This document shows, piece after piece, positions 24,313 through 37,364 of a stretch of 64,000 nt of DNA (position 1 is the stretch's first letter; each line of letters starts with the position of its first letter). The notes under the pieces are model-generated. The model had not been told where the DNA came from. It made no database searches and saw nothing but the letters and a program-made list of their open reading frames with translations. The stretch lies in the NCBI RefSeq assembly GCF_004010195.1, contig NC_057719.1, positions 19,708,964 to 19,772,963 on the forward strand. The letters are read 5' to 3'. Position numbers and translations under genes: made by a program. Source of the DNA: Chiloscyllium plagiosum. Taxonomy: Eukaryota.

Positions 24313-25269
24313 AGGAAGCCCTACAGCTTATAAAAAGTTTAACCCTTTGTGATTTGGTTTGAATGCACATTTGTTTGTTGGTGATTGAATGCTGGTGTTT
24401 TGTTCCCTGGAGCTCGAGATCCAGGACTGTTTTGAATCTGATCTACAATTTGGAAATTTAACATGATTTCTTTTAAGGTTAAGGATCCTTCAGTGATTAT
24501 GAAATGAAGTATTAACTCCTGTTCTTCTTATAGGCCAAGACTGCCCTACTGTCAGTTTCTAACTAATCTCTTTTATTCTTACATGAAAGCCAACCTTAGT
24601 CAATTTCAAATCAGTTTAATACGGAGGAAGACAACATGATAGCCTTATTTTAATTTCAGACTCGTTTATTTCCACTTAACTTTAAGACTACCGTGTTTCA
24701 TTGGTGATTAGTTTTATTGAGGGAGTCGACTCCCTCAATGACGATTGAAATTTTAATTCAATCAGGTTGTGGTAAATCATGTAACAAAATTAACATCCTA
24801 TGGTTAATATCTCTGTCTTTGGATTCGGCCATTATTCGTACATGAGAAAATTTTGTTTTATCATTTGAGTAGACAAGACCTTTTAAGGCAGCTGCAGCCA
24901 TTTCGATCTATAGCGTTGTAAATGAGCAATGACTGGTCAGGACCACTTAAGGAACCCAATCTTGGATTTAAATTAAGGGACTAGAATCGGGTAATTACAG
25001 TGGGTTTCAAAGTTGGAAACTGTACACATTTTTCATTTTAAATATTGAATATCGAATAAATGAATTTCCAATTTATATTGATGACTTTCAAAATGTCATA
25101 GCCACTTATTCAGTTTCCACCTCTGATTTACAGATAATGATTATTTTATTGATTATTTTAATAGTCAATTGTATTAGCCCGAATCACAAAATCGAAATTA
25201 ATTGGCAGGATCGCTTGGTTTTTATTCCTTTGCACATTGTCAGTGATTTGTCTCATTGCCTCATGATTA

Positions 25270-26410
25270 ATTTGAAACATGGCTGCATTAATTCATTGTT
25301 AACTAAAAAATGGAAAGATACCTTACTGGCCATTTGAAGAAATTCTGCATGTGACTGGGGGATAGACCTATATATAGCAGATGGAACTCCCAAAAGCTGG
25401 GAGGTGACTGTGAATGGGTATATGAAAAATAAAAGGGACATAAGAAACAGTGTAAGGTCACTAAGGTTGACGAAAATATGAACAGGGTTAAAGCAAAATA
25501 CTGTAAAATAATGAACTGAGGCTCAGAATTTCTGGTAGAATCTATATCTGGCATACCGACCCTTTTTGAGGATAGGGATTTTGTTCCTAGATACCCACTG
25601 AGCCCCTAACATCTCCTGATTGTCCCAAGCCTTAATTTAAACCAACCACTTGTTACAAACCTTTCCTTCTTTTGAAAATGAAACATCCAGTTTGCATAGC
25701 CGATATCATGGGGACGAGTGACCTGCGCCATCCTAAACAAGGTCCCATCCTGAGAATTAGAGTTATATTAATGAAGCATGCCCCTGACTGCAAGACCAAC
25801 CGGCCAAATTTGCTCAATATATCCAAGGTTGATGCATATGTAAATGCAGTAAAATTCTGGGAGTAGCCTGAATAAGAATGGTTTGTGTTACAAGACTGAT
25901 ATATGTGGCTATCTGTCTGATGAATATACAACTGAACAATAATCAAGAAGCTCAATTACCTTTGTTTAACCCTATGCTTTTGTAATGTTTTCCGCCAGGA
26001 GTCACTGACGTGATCCAGACCAATAGTATGAACCAGTCCAGGAAGTTCCAGTCGCAAATGAGGTGAGTGGTGGTTCTCTTGGGAGGCCAGAACCGGACTG
26101 AACCACGATGCAAGTTACAGGTAAAACCAATTATATCAGGCGCCCTCGTAATCCCAGATCCTATATGCCAACCATGATAGGGTTGATTGGAACTCCAGGA
26201 TACCCACTGGGGACAGAACCTACCTCAGGTGCCCACCCGACGACCACTGCTGGGCAACCTTTTCCCGAGGGGACCCCGAAAATGGGGACAGGCTGGCCCC
26301 AGCATTTGACTTTTGAGACTGGGAACAAGACACCAAAACCCCCAGGGACAAAAGGCTGGCCCTTGTTTTAACCATTGAAATGTGGCCACTGGGGAGTGAT
26401 GTTTCTTTAA
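25270..26410 (+). pseudogene. gag: Decayed ERV gag
   Basis: Matrix-like YWPFEE (~25325); frameshifted CA-like segment (~25745-25850); Pro/Gly-rich pre-NC stretch (ORF 26108-26371); CCHC relic. Confidence 0.55.
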
Positions 26411-26439
26411 TGTTACCTTGCAGCTGACGTGGGGAATCA

Positions 26440-27060
26440 ACATGCTTTCGTCCTAGCAAAAGGTAAATCTACTAATGTACGCTGACTCTTCATTGTGCTT
26501 TTAATATGATCCACGATTTTGGAGCTTTGTGGGAACATTGAATATTTTTAAACCCCAAGAGGCAGCATTATAGTAAAGCTGTTTTGTCCAATCAATCTGG
26601 CAATTATCAAGTTGTCGGCTCATGCCGCGGACACTGATACTGTTTCTAAAGTAGGCAAATAGATGCAGCTGCCAAGCAGGCAGCCTTACATTCCAAACTT
26701 CTGGTCCCCCAGCAAAAACCTAATTAGACACTGTATAAAGACGGGTATGCCAGACCTGGGTACGGTACAGAAATCATGGTAGAAGCCCCTACTGAAGAGC
26801 ACAAACTGTGGCCTCAAATAGGCCACTCCCTCATTACTCAAACCAAAATGTGGATGACCCCCTACTGGACAAGTTTGTGTTTGTTCTTTGCTGCTGCCTA
26901 TTTTAATTGATTATTTTGTATACACTTAGGCAAGGGGGAAATGGTTTATACTTTAATACAGTGGACACTCCGCGACCTCCAATCTCATTGGGAAGGACCC
27001 TTCCAGGTAATTCTCACCACCCCAACTGCGGCTAAGGTTGCTGAGTGTTCCACCTGGGGG
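26440..27060 (+). pseudogene. pol: Decayed ERV pol remnant (RNase H, integrase N- and C-terminal parts only)
   Basis: Motifs as listed for the ERV; no PR, RT or integrase DDE core is present. Confidence 0.85.
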
Positions 27061-28065
27061 CGGATGATGAAGATTGAACTTGCCCTGCTGTGTGGAATTG
27101 ACAAGGTCCTCGATGGTAGGCTGGTTGAGAAGATTAGGTCACGTAGGATCCACTGTAAATTGGCAAACTAGATGCATAATTGTGGAGGGCCATTTTTCTT
27201 ACTGGAAGTCTGTGGCCAGTGGTGTTCTGCAAGGATCATTGCTGGGACCTCAGTTGTTTGTACTATATATAAATGATTTGGATGAAATTGTAGGTAGTGT
27301 GATTAGTAGCTTGCAGATGACATGGAAGTTGGTGGAATTGTAATAGTGAGGAAGGTTGCCAAAGGCTTCAGCAGACTATCGATCAGTTAGAAAATTGAGC
27401 ACGGAAATGGTAGGTGGCGTTCAATCCAAACAATTAGTGCAATTTGGGAGATCAAATGCAAAAGGAAAATATACATCAAAAGATAGGCCCCTTCAGATCA
27501 TTGATATACAGAGAGGTGTTGAGGTGTGATTCAAAGCTCCCTGAAAATAACAACACAAGATTTGGTCACTACATTGCAGGAAGGAAGTGGAGGTTTTGGA
27601 GAGGGTGCAAAAGGATTTTGCCAGGATGTTGGCTAGATTGGAGTGTATAAGGAAAGGTTGGACAAACTTAGATTGTTTCCGCTCGAGGGCCGGAGGCTGA
27701 GAGATGACCTGATATGTAAAATTATGAGAGGCGTGGATAGGATTGACAGTTGAAGCTTTTTCTAGGGTGGAAATGTCAAATACTAGGGGGCATAGGTTTA
27801 AGATGAGAGGGGAAAAGTTTAAAGATGTGAGAGGCAAGTTTTTACACAGAGGCTGGTAAGTGCCTGGGACACGTTGCCAGGGAAGGTGGTAGAAGCGGAG
27901 ATTGTAACAATGTTTAAAAGCAATCAGACCGAACATGAACAGTCCGGGAATAGAGGCTTATGAGTCATGTATGAGCAGGTGGGATTAGGTTAGAATGGCA
28001 TTATAATCATCACAGACATGGTGAGCCAAAGAGCCTGTTCCTCTGCTGTGCTGTTCTGTGTTCTG
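27060..28065 (+). mobile_element. CR1 LINE RT and 3' end, decayed
   Basis: SGVLQGSLLGPQLFVLYINDLD; tgtgctgttctgtgttctgtg tail. Confidence 0.88.
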
Positions 28066-28069
28066 TGAA

Positions 28070-28975
28070 TGTTTAGGATACCTGGTTAGCTTCTGTCTTG
28101 TTGGAGATGATCATTGCCTGACAGGTGCGTACCACAAATGTTATTTTGGCACTTCTCAACTCAAACCTGCATATTGTCCAGGTCATTGGACATGCCCTAC
28201 TTCAGGAGTTGCAACTTTTGCTGAATATTGTACAACCATCAGCAAATATCCCCACATCTGACTTTAAGATTGAGGGAAGTTTATTGATGAATCAGGTAAA
28301 GCTGTTTGGACCTGGGAGACTATCCTGAGGAACTCCTGCAGAAGTTTTCTGGAGGTCAGATGATTGATCTCCAATAATCACAACCATCTTTGTGTTAGAT
28401 GTAACTCCAACTAGTGGAGAGTTTTCCCTTGATTCGTACTGATGCGAGTTTTACTGGAGCTCTTTGGTGCCACAGGTGGTCAAATGCTGTCTTGATGTCA
28501 AAGGCATTTACTTTCACCACACCTTTGGAACACTTCTGTTCGTGTTCGAACTAAGGTTTCAATGAGGTCAGGCAACTGAATGGCTCTGGGAGAATCCAAG
28601 CCGAGCATCAGTAAACAGATGATTTGCGAACTAAGTGCTACTTGATGGCACTGTTGATGACATTTTCATCATTTTCCTAACAATCGAGTGTAGAGGTGGC
28701 TATGGTCAGGTTGCATTTGTGTGCAGTACAAATCTGAGCAAGTTTTTACATTATTGGATGGATGCCATTGTTGTAACTGTACTGGAACAGCTTGTCTCAG
28801 GGTGCGGCATGTTCTGGAGCACAAGTCTTCAGTACTTTTGCCAGAGGTTGTCAGGGCCCACAAACTTTGGAATATCCTGTGTCTCCAGCCATTTTTTGAT
28901 ATCACGTGGAATGAATTGAGTTGGCTGAAGACAGGTATTTGAGATGCTGGTGACCTCTGGAGGAATGATAATGAG
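28070..28975 (-). mobile_element. CR1/L2-group LINE RT fragment
   Basis: Parallels 20130-20510 and extends into RT (reverse complement of cttgatgtcaaaggc gives an ALDIK-like motif; IPKFVGPDN). Confidence 0.75.
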
Positions 28976-29124
28976 ATGGGGTATTGGTAAAAATAATTGG
29001 TTATATATATGATTGTATAATGAGTTAACTATGGGCAAAAGCTTGTGGAAGATGTTACATAAGGTAATGATTCTGAAAGACCTAATGTTAAAATTACATT
29101 AAATCTATCCTGACCGATGATGAT

Positions 29125-29609
29125 ATGGAGGTGCTGGTGTTGGACTGGGATGGACAAAGTTAGTAATCACACAACACCAGGATATAGTCCAACAGGTTTA
29201 TTTGGAAGTACAAGCTTTCGGAGTGCTATTGTTTTGTCAGGTAGCTAGTGGGGCAGGATCATAGGACACAGAATTTATAGTAATAGATCAAAGTATCATA
29301 CAACTGATGTGATGTATTGAACAAACCTGGATTGCTTAGAGTGGGTTGCAGATTTCGATTCATTAATGTGTAAATCTCAGAGCTTCTTTCAAGTCACATT
29401 CCCGAGATAACTTGAGTTTCATACAAAGAAAAGGTGACATCTCAGCTCAGACAATTCATTAAAAATGTGAGGTCAGAGTCTGTCTGTATTCTAACCTTGT
29501 CAGACTGGTTCTATTTCCAAAGTAGGAATTTATAAAATTTCACATGGACTGACTGCCAACAGATTGTATGCTTTTTGAAGAAAATAGAATGTATCCACAA
29601 ATGCAAATT

Positions 29610-29661
<52 letters not shown>

Positions 29662-29915
29662 GAGAAAAAAAAGAGAGCGTGTGTGTGATTTGCATATTAA
29701 TGAATTGAAACCTGCAACCCATTGTAAGTGATTCATATTTAACAGCAATCTAGGTTTTTTTAAATACATCGCATCAGTTGTATGACACTGATCTTTTATC
29801 ATAAATTCTGTGTCCTATGATCCTGCCCCACTAGCTACCTGATGAAGGAGCAGCACTCCTGAAGCTGTACTTCCAAAAAACCTGTTGGACTATAACCTGG
29901 GATTGTATGGTTTCT
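29125..29915. mobile_element. Family B PLE-derived fold-back element with internal (GT)n
   Basis: Arms ~29175-29375 and ~29690-29905 are reverse complements (e.g. gtagctagtggggcaggatcataggacacagaatttat / ataaattctgtgtcctatgatcctgccccactagctac); degenerate hammerhead near 29839. Confidence 0.8.
29612..29659 (+). repeat. (GT)n microsatellite
   Basis: About 24 perfect GT units. Confidence 0.95.
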
Positions 29916-31139
29916 AAATGATGAGGTCTTTGAGTGAAAATGGAGTTACTAGCCTTCAAATGAAGCAGACATTTTTTGCATGGGTCGCAAGAGACTGTAT
30001 TAATTCTGCCTGATTAATATTGATAACATTACTATTGCTAACTAAGACGAGTACCTCTTCTATTTAGACTCACCAACACTCTAATCCCTGCTACAGTTTA
30101 TTGGATTGGCTGTGGATGCAGTATAGACACCAGAAAACTGCCAGTTAACCTCAAATTACCCTTAACTTATGCTGCGTACTATTACAGATGTAGATACCAC
30201 AAGGTGCTATCAGTGGCAATCAGATAAATTCCACAGAGAATGACAGTGGATCAAGCAGTAAAAGAAGAGGAGATGGAGAAATGTAGTATTATTCTGTGAC
30301 AGTAAACATACTGTGCCAGCAACCAGGAGAAAAATCAGACAAATTCATGCAGCTCAAAAATATGACAAGGAGTTCACAAACGTTAAACAACTCTCTCTGC
30401 AAGCGTGATGAAAATATAGTCCAATAAACTAAATGCTAAAAACATACAATGAGCAGAATCAACACTTGACAATAGTGGAAGATTTATTAGTGTCTGGCCA
30501 TAGATAAATCTGACAGAAACTCCTCAGGGGACATCTAGATATTACAAAGTATAGAGGAACAACCAGTGTGGCAACAGCCAGGCAATTCACAAGATATGAA
30601 AGATCACATTTTGTCATAGCTGTGTATAGTACACATTTGGCAAGTCCCTATAGTAACAATGATTTCATAAGGTTTTCTGGAAAGGCCATGGGAAAGGCTG
30701 ACAATGGATTTGTTAAACTTTCAAGGTCATTTCTATTTAGTTCTAGTCAACTAATATTCAAAATGGATTGCAGTTTCAGGAGTTCATTTGACCACAGAGA
30801 ACTCAGTGATCAGAGCACTGAAAAATATCTTTTCAATGCATATTTTCTTAGGATTGGACAATGGACTTCAACTTATGAATGAAGATTTCTAGAAATTTCA
30901 CCTTGGATGGAGGCAGTAACCAGGTGACTATTTTTATTGAATAAGAGGTGGAAAGTGCAGTCAAAACTGTGAAGGTACTGATGCATTAGAATCCAGACTC
31001 AGAATTAGGCCAGCATTCATTGCTCATCCCAAATTAAGTGATGCACAGCACACCAATTTACCTAACTTTCAGACCAAGGTTGATAGAAAGCATGATGGGT
31101 CAGCTAAAAGCCAACCACAGGATCTAGAGTCACATATAG

Positions 31140-31477
31140 TGGGCGGCACGGTGGCACAGTGGTTAGCACTGCTGCCTCACAGCGCCTGAGACCCGGGTTC
31201 AGTTCCCGCCTCAGGCGACTGACTGTGTGGAGTTTGCACGTTCTCCCCGTGTCTGCGTGGGTTTCCTCCGGGTGCTCCGGTTTCCTCCCACAGTCCAAAA
31301 GATGTGCAGGGTCAGGTGAATTGGCCATGCTAAATTGCCCGTAGTGTTAGGTAAGGGGTAAATGTAGGGGTATGGGTGGGTTTCGCTTCGGCGGGTCGGT
31401 GTGGACTTGTTGGGCCGAAGGGCCTGTTTCCACACTGTAATGTAATGTAAAAAAAAATGTAATGTAAAAATGTAAAA
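31140..31477 (+). mobile_element. Full-length young HE1 SINE with TSD
   Basis: A box (tggcacagtgg), B-box-like ggttcagttcc, V-domain core, HER1-derived tail, (tgtaa)n end; CpGs retained; atatag at 31134-31139 and 31478-31483. Confidence 0.95.
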
Positions 31478-32557
31478 ATATAGGCTATCCTAGGTAAGTA
31501 TAGCAGATTTCCTTCCCTAAAGGATATTAATGAACTAGATTAGTTGTTAAGTCAATCAACAGTGGCTACATGGTTACCATGAGGTTAATGTTTTTATTTC
31601 AAGTGTGTGTTGAATTAAAATGTCAATATCTGTTTTGGTGGGATTTAATGTATATCCCCAAAACATTAGCCTATCGTCCTGGATTGCTAAGCAGGTGTCT
31701 TCTTAATTTTTGTGCTTTTTAAAAACTGTTGACTGCAAGGAGAAAGAACTTTTTTTTTAACCAAAAACACAGGGAGTTACCAGGATGGCAGCATAATTTT
31801 GCAACAAGGTGTTTGATACCTATTATGAACTTTTTTTATGACTGTAGGTTCCTGCAATGTGCAGATGATCAGGAGCCAAGGGGTTGTTTACAAATGAAGC
31901 TGATTGCTTTTCAACTAACTGAGCAGATTTCAACTGAAAACAACTGGCAGAGACTCAGACACTAAGAAAGGAAAAGATACAGACGCATGTCTTCCTGTTT
32001 TCCCCAGCAGAAGCTGCCTATTCTCTGCAGTAAGAAAATCTCAGTGAAAACTTGATGAAAACGTTATCTTCTTTGCATCTGTTGCTGTAAACTGTGACTT
32101 TTGAATTGATATATCAGAGACATTTTGTGCTGTACTTCTTAGAAACAAGTCGAAGCTTCGAGAAAAAAATACAATTTGAACACCAAGAGCTTTCATCTCA
32201 ACATCAAAACTGGGGAGGAAAGCTGACTGGACTGACTTTTCTGTTTTTCTCAACTCTGTCAATAATTTATTTTCCTATTTGTTTGTATGTGTCTGTGGAA
32301 AGAGGGGATTTTTAAGAGGGTTAGGGAGATTATAAGGGAACAATTAGTATTATATGGTAATTGTTTGTATCTGTTTACTTGTGGCTATAGGCTTAAAAAA
32401 ATAATAATTCTTGTTTAGTACCAATACTGTACTTTCTGTCAATATTGATCTGAAAAATTAGGTAAATTGGGGTACTGTGCACACCTTAAAAAACTAACAC
32501 TTGATATGATTCTAGGAATAGTAGGATTCCATTTACAGTATGCTAACTCAATGACAC

Positions 32558-32705
32558 CATAGAACATAGAACACAGAACAATACAGCGCAGAACAGGCCC
32601 TTCGGCCCTTGATGTTGATCTGACCTGTGAACTATTCTTAGCTTGTCCCCTACACTATGCCAAAATCATCCATGTGCTTATCTAAGGATTGTTTAAATCT
32701 CCCTA
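32558..32705 (-). mobile_element. CR1 3' end
   Basis: catagaacatagaacacagaac tail; body similar to the reverse complement of 180-300 and 58050-58190. Confidence 0.8.
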
Positions 32706-34264
32706 TCAATGACATTATCACAATGCTACCACATCCTACCAAGGCGTTGAATAAAGCTCATTTCATATATTACCACCCAGTTGCATAAAAGATGCTTCAT
32801 TTTGTACTTTGCCAGTGGGCCACAATTTCTTTTTTCAAAATGCTTTGTCTCTGCAGAGATATAGATCAATTATGGATGTTTATTTTTGGCAGTTGTCTGA
32901 TGCCACCAGCTGGTTGCAGAATTATTTTAATGCTGACTTTGGATTTACAATTAGCTGAATCTTGCTGGAAAAATAATGGAAGGTAAAAATCATATTCCAT
33001 TATTAATATGTAAGTTGTCCAGCAGATTTAGGAGCTTAAGACATACATTGGATTGTGGATCTCCAGAACTTCCTGGTCAATTGATACATTTCTACCTTTT
33101 ATTTCACAAAACAGTATATTGTGGTTTATCTCCTTGATGTTCTTAGAAGCTTGCTAGAATTGCACATTAATTATCTCTGAAATTCAGTACGGACTATTTG
33201 GCCTGCTTAATTGCATGATATTTTTGTATGCAACACCCACCAACTCTGAGTCAGGAAGGAATCAATTTACAAAATGCTTACAAAAAACAGAAATTGCTGA
33301 AGAAACTCAGAAGTCTGGCAGCATCTCTGGACAGAAAACAGAATTAATACTTTGAGTCCAGTGACACTTTTTCTAAACATTAAATTGTTAATCCTCTTTC
33401 CTGTATTGATTTAAATGTTAGAGATTTTAAATATTTTTAACTTATAGTTTTTTTTTCCTTTTTTTGTTTCCATCTATTTATTTCTGATCTTTCTTCTCTC
33501 TATTTCTTTTTCACTGCTTGATTTGATTCTAATTCACTATGTTTCCTCTATTTCTCACCCAATACGTAAATCTCAATAGTTAAAGGGAAAACTTTATCAG
33601 TCCTATAGTTTGCTAAACTCACAGATGCCCCATTACTTTTGCCCCAATATTATGAAATCACACTTCTAGCAGATTATGACGTTAATTTTTTTATAGGTAA
33701 AAGCTGAAAAGGCTACTGTAAGATTGCTTACTCCAGCAACATACATTACAATGCAAATTGTATAATGGTATTGTATTAAGTAAAGGTTGTATGCATTTAA
33801 ACATAAAATAATCCAAATATATTCTGACTGCAATGATCATGTTTTGTTTTATTTCTTCTTATCATTTTATAGTAATTGCAGTTTTACTTTTGCCAAATAA
33901 TATCTTTTATTAGTTTGGCATTCATTGGGCATTGTTTCTCATGCTCTATTAGCGCATGCAGGATTTTCATTGTTTACGCACACTATTACAATTTGTCATA
34001 TTTATTGATGAAAGACAGTCAAAAGCTTGATTTTTCCTGACTGAAAGGTTGCAATTACCTTTCTATTCGGTATTCTGCATTTTTACAGCTGAGTTGTTTG
34101 GGATTCGGATTTATAGAAATTGGTTTTGCAGTTGTGATTAAATCCAGTTCTGCTGTTATCTAACCACAGTTGGAGCTAGTATGGTGCTGTGAAATTGGCA
34201 AATCGGAACACATTATATGGCTAACTGCCCCTGAATTTTGATGAATTGTGAAAGAATTAAGGAA

Positions 34265-34500
34265 AACTTCCGATCAAGTCTAGAACTCTCTTCCTCAGAG
34301 AGCGGTGGAGGCAGTCATTGAATATTTTTAAAGTCAAGATAGATAGTTCTTGACTAATAAAGGAATTAAAGGTTATTGTGGGGAGTTGTGAATATGGAGT
34401 TGAAGCCACAATCAAATTAACTATGATCTTATTGAATGGCTGAGCAGGCTCGAGGGGCTGAATAGCCTAATTCTTTTCCTAATTTATATATTCGTATGTA
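34265..34500 (+). mobile_element. CR1 3' end, old
   Basis: gaatattttta...gatagatagttcttg...tgatcttattgaatggctgagcaggctcgaggggctgaatagcct. Confidence 0.75.
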
Positions 34501-35009
34501 AGTATTGAGCTTATTAATATTTTATTTTCTTGTGTACCTTGTTACTCCTACGGATTTTGCCATTATTGTGTGCATGATTTTTTTAGATTAATTGAATTTC
34601 ATGACAGTTCTCCCGAAGTCAACTTTCCAGGAATAATTGCACATAAACCTTTGGATTATTAATGGGATGGAATCATGTGGCATTACATTCTTAAAGAATC
34701 TTTCATTTCTTAAATGAGTGTCACAACTGATGTTGCCATATATATTTTACAATACGCCTTCAGACTCCCATCCATGCAGACTTTACGTTTAATTTGTTAG
34801 ACCCCAGAAAAACATGACAAATCATCACCCGCATATATCAGACACCAGAGGATGTGGGGGATGTATGTGGACAGTGCCAGTTCAAGTGACTTCGCCTGGT
34901 ACCTGCTTTGGTACTTCTCTGTTGAGTTTTCTCAATGGCCAGCTTGTTTGGTAAGATCGGAAGTTGAACCTGAAGAATCAGAAGTGGCTGAATTGAAATA
35001 TATATGATC

Positions 35010-35350
35010 CTGATTTGGTTTGACCAGGTGGATGTGAAAAAGATGTTTCTCTTGTGGGAGAATCTAGAACTAGGGTTTCTAGTTTAAAAATAAGGGGGTG
35101 CCCATTTAAGACAGAGATGAGGTTTTTTTCTCAAAGCTTTGTGAATCTTTGCAATTCCCTTTCTCAAAAGGCAATAGATTCAGAATCTTAAGATATTTTT
35201 AAGGCAGAGTTAGGTAGATTCTTGATTACCAAGGGGATGAAAGATCAGGGATATACAGCAACATAGAGTTGAGGTTAAAATCCGATCAGCCACAGTGGAG
35301 CAGGCTTGAAGGGCTGTGTGATCTCCTCTTGTTCCTTGTTTATATGTTTG
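35010..35350 (+). mobile_element. CR1 3' end, old
   Basis: gatgtttctcttgtgggagaatctagaactaggg...ccatttaagacagagatgagg. Confidence 0.75.
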
Positions 35351-35779
35351 TAGTATCAAAGAGTTGAGTTTGGCCATTATCTAGCCATGTAACAAGCTCC
35401 CTTCATTGGAAACTCACTGCTGCATAGTGGGAAACTCACTGTGCTGCTTGTCTAAAATATGAAATAAATGACGTGATACTCCCAACATTGAGGTAGGTCT
35501 TGCTGGACTTATCATCTGATTCTGCCAGATGTTTCCCTATAACCCACGTTGCTCACATCCTATGATATTCCATCCTCTGTGTCTGTGAAAAGTAAGCTGC
35601 AACCTTAAAGGAATCAGATTTTATGAGATTGTTATTGAAAATTTAGAAACAGCCATTTGTTTAAAGTCAGATAGAAAGAGAGTGTGAGATAGTCTATTGT
35701 ATTAACTGAAATAATAGTCATTGAAAACTCAACCAAATTAACCCAGCAATAGCAAGAACCAATTATTGAGTTGAAAAAA

Positions 35780-36960
35780 ACACCATGTGTGGCATACGTT
35801 GATCACCTAGAAGTGAAAAGCAGGGCATGGCATATTGTGCACAGTTTTGACCACCACACTTTAGAAGGGATGCGATTGTACTCGAAGAGGAGATTCACCA
35901 AGATGTTGTCTGGAATGGAGCATTTTAGTTACTAATAATCTCAGAGTTTTTTTTATAAAATAGAGAAGCTTGAGGAGGGACCTGATAAAGTCATAGAATC
36001 ATAGAGTCATTGAGATGTACAGCATGGAAACAGACTCTTCGGTCCAACCCGTCTATTTATCCTATCCAAGCCCCTCATAATTTTGTAAACCTCTATAAGG
36101 TCTCCCCTCAGCCTCCAACGCTCCACAGAAAACAGCCCCAGCCTTCTCAGCTTCTCCCCACAGCTCAAATCCTCTAACCCTGGCAACATCCTTGTAAATC
36201 TTTTCTGAAACCTTTCAAGTTTCACAATATCTTTTCGATAGGAAGGAGATCAGAACTGCTCGCAATGTTCCAACAGTGGCCTAACCAATGTCCTATACAG
36301 CCGCAACATGACCTCCCAACTCCTGTACTCAATACGCTGACCAATAAAGGTCATTATCCTATCCTGCTAAGATTTGCTTTCCCAAAATGCAGCACCTCGC
36401 ATTTATCTGAATTAAGCTCCATCTGCCACTTCCCAGCCCTTTGGCCTATCTGGTCAAGATCCTGTTGTAGTCTGAGGTAACCCTCTTCGCTGTCCACTAC
36501 ACCTCCAATTTTGGTGTTATCTGCAAAATTACTAACTGTACCTATTATGCTCGCATCCAAATCACTTATGTAAATGACAAAAAGTAGAGGATCCAGCACC
36601 GATCCTTGTGGCACTCCACTGGTCACAGGTCCAAAGATTATGAGAAGTTTGGGGATAGTGTAGACAGAAAGTAGCTGTTCCCCTTTGTTAAAGGGTCAAT
36701 AATGAGGGGGCATAATTTTAAGATGAAAGACCAGGTGTTTAGAGGGGATTTGAGAAAATCTTTTTCACTCAGTGTGTGGTGGGATCTGGAATTCACTGTT
36801 TGGGAGGATAGTTGAGGGGGGTAATTTTTATGAAGTACTTGGATGAGCAGTTAAAGTTTCATAACACCCAAGGCAATGGGCCTACTGCTGGAAGGTGGGA
36901 GTAGTTTAAATTTAGTGTATTTTTGCCAGTGCATTGAGTCTGAACCATGCAATTCTGTGA
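35780..36960. mobile_element. Old plus-strand CR1 interrupted by a minus-strand HER1 copy (35990-36628) with internal deletions
   Basis: Minus peptides TSGVPQGSVLDPLLFVIYISDLD..NFADNTK and KLERFQKRFTRMLPGL..LRGDLIEVYK; plus-strand LRRDLIK / KIMR flanks. Confidence 0.88.
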
Positions 36961-37364
36961 TTCTACAAGGATTCAGAGCTAGCCAAGTATTGAAGACTCC
37001 TAAGGCAAGAATTTCCAAGTACTGTTGTATCAAAGAGGGAGTTCTGGGAAAATATTGCAATTCATTGGACATGATGCCCAGATGAAGTATAAAAAATTAC
37101 TCAACCTTCTTCCTTCAATAAAGTTTCTTTAATTAATGATCCAAAGAGTCTTTTGTCTTACTTGGTTAAATCTTGTGTTTGAACTGCTAGTAAGGTGACG
37201 TGGCTGAAACCACTTATGTTCAGATATCAAGATCCGATCATAGAAAAGAAGCAACAAGAAGACCCCAGAAGACAGCACCGAGTGGGACATTTTGAGATAG
37301 ACTGATTGAAGCAGTATATGGATGTTGGAATCATATCTGCAGGATGACACATATTGACAATGTA

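Larger units (their letters stand above)
22850..27060 (+). mobile_element. Class I (gamma/epsilon-like) endogenous retrovirus remnant: partial 5' LTR, PBS, leader, gag, RNase H, integrase pieces; 3' part replaced by a CR1
   Basis: AATAAA at 22987-22992; LTR ends CA at 23064; PBS at 23067-23085; zinc-knuckle relic PCFNH*..GHW (~26360-26395); RNase H relics LAKGKSTN, IHDFGALW, LAIIKLSAHAADTDTVSK, DAAAKQAAL (26445-26690); integrase HLGKGEMV and QSHWEGPFQVILTTPTAAKVAECSTW (26920-27057). Confidence 0.88.

Noticed and set aside
31140..31215. tRNA gene
   Set aside because: It is the tRNA-derived head of an HE1 SINE and continues into the SINE core and tail.
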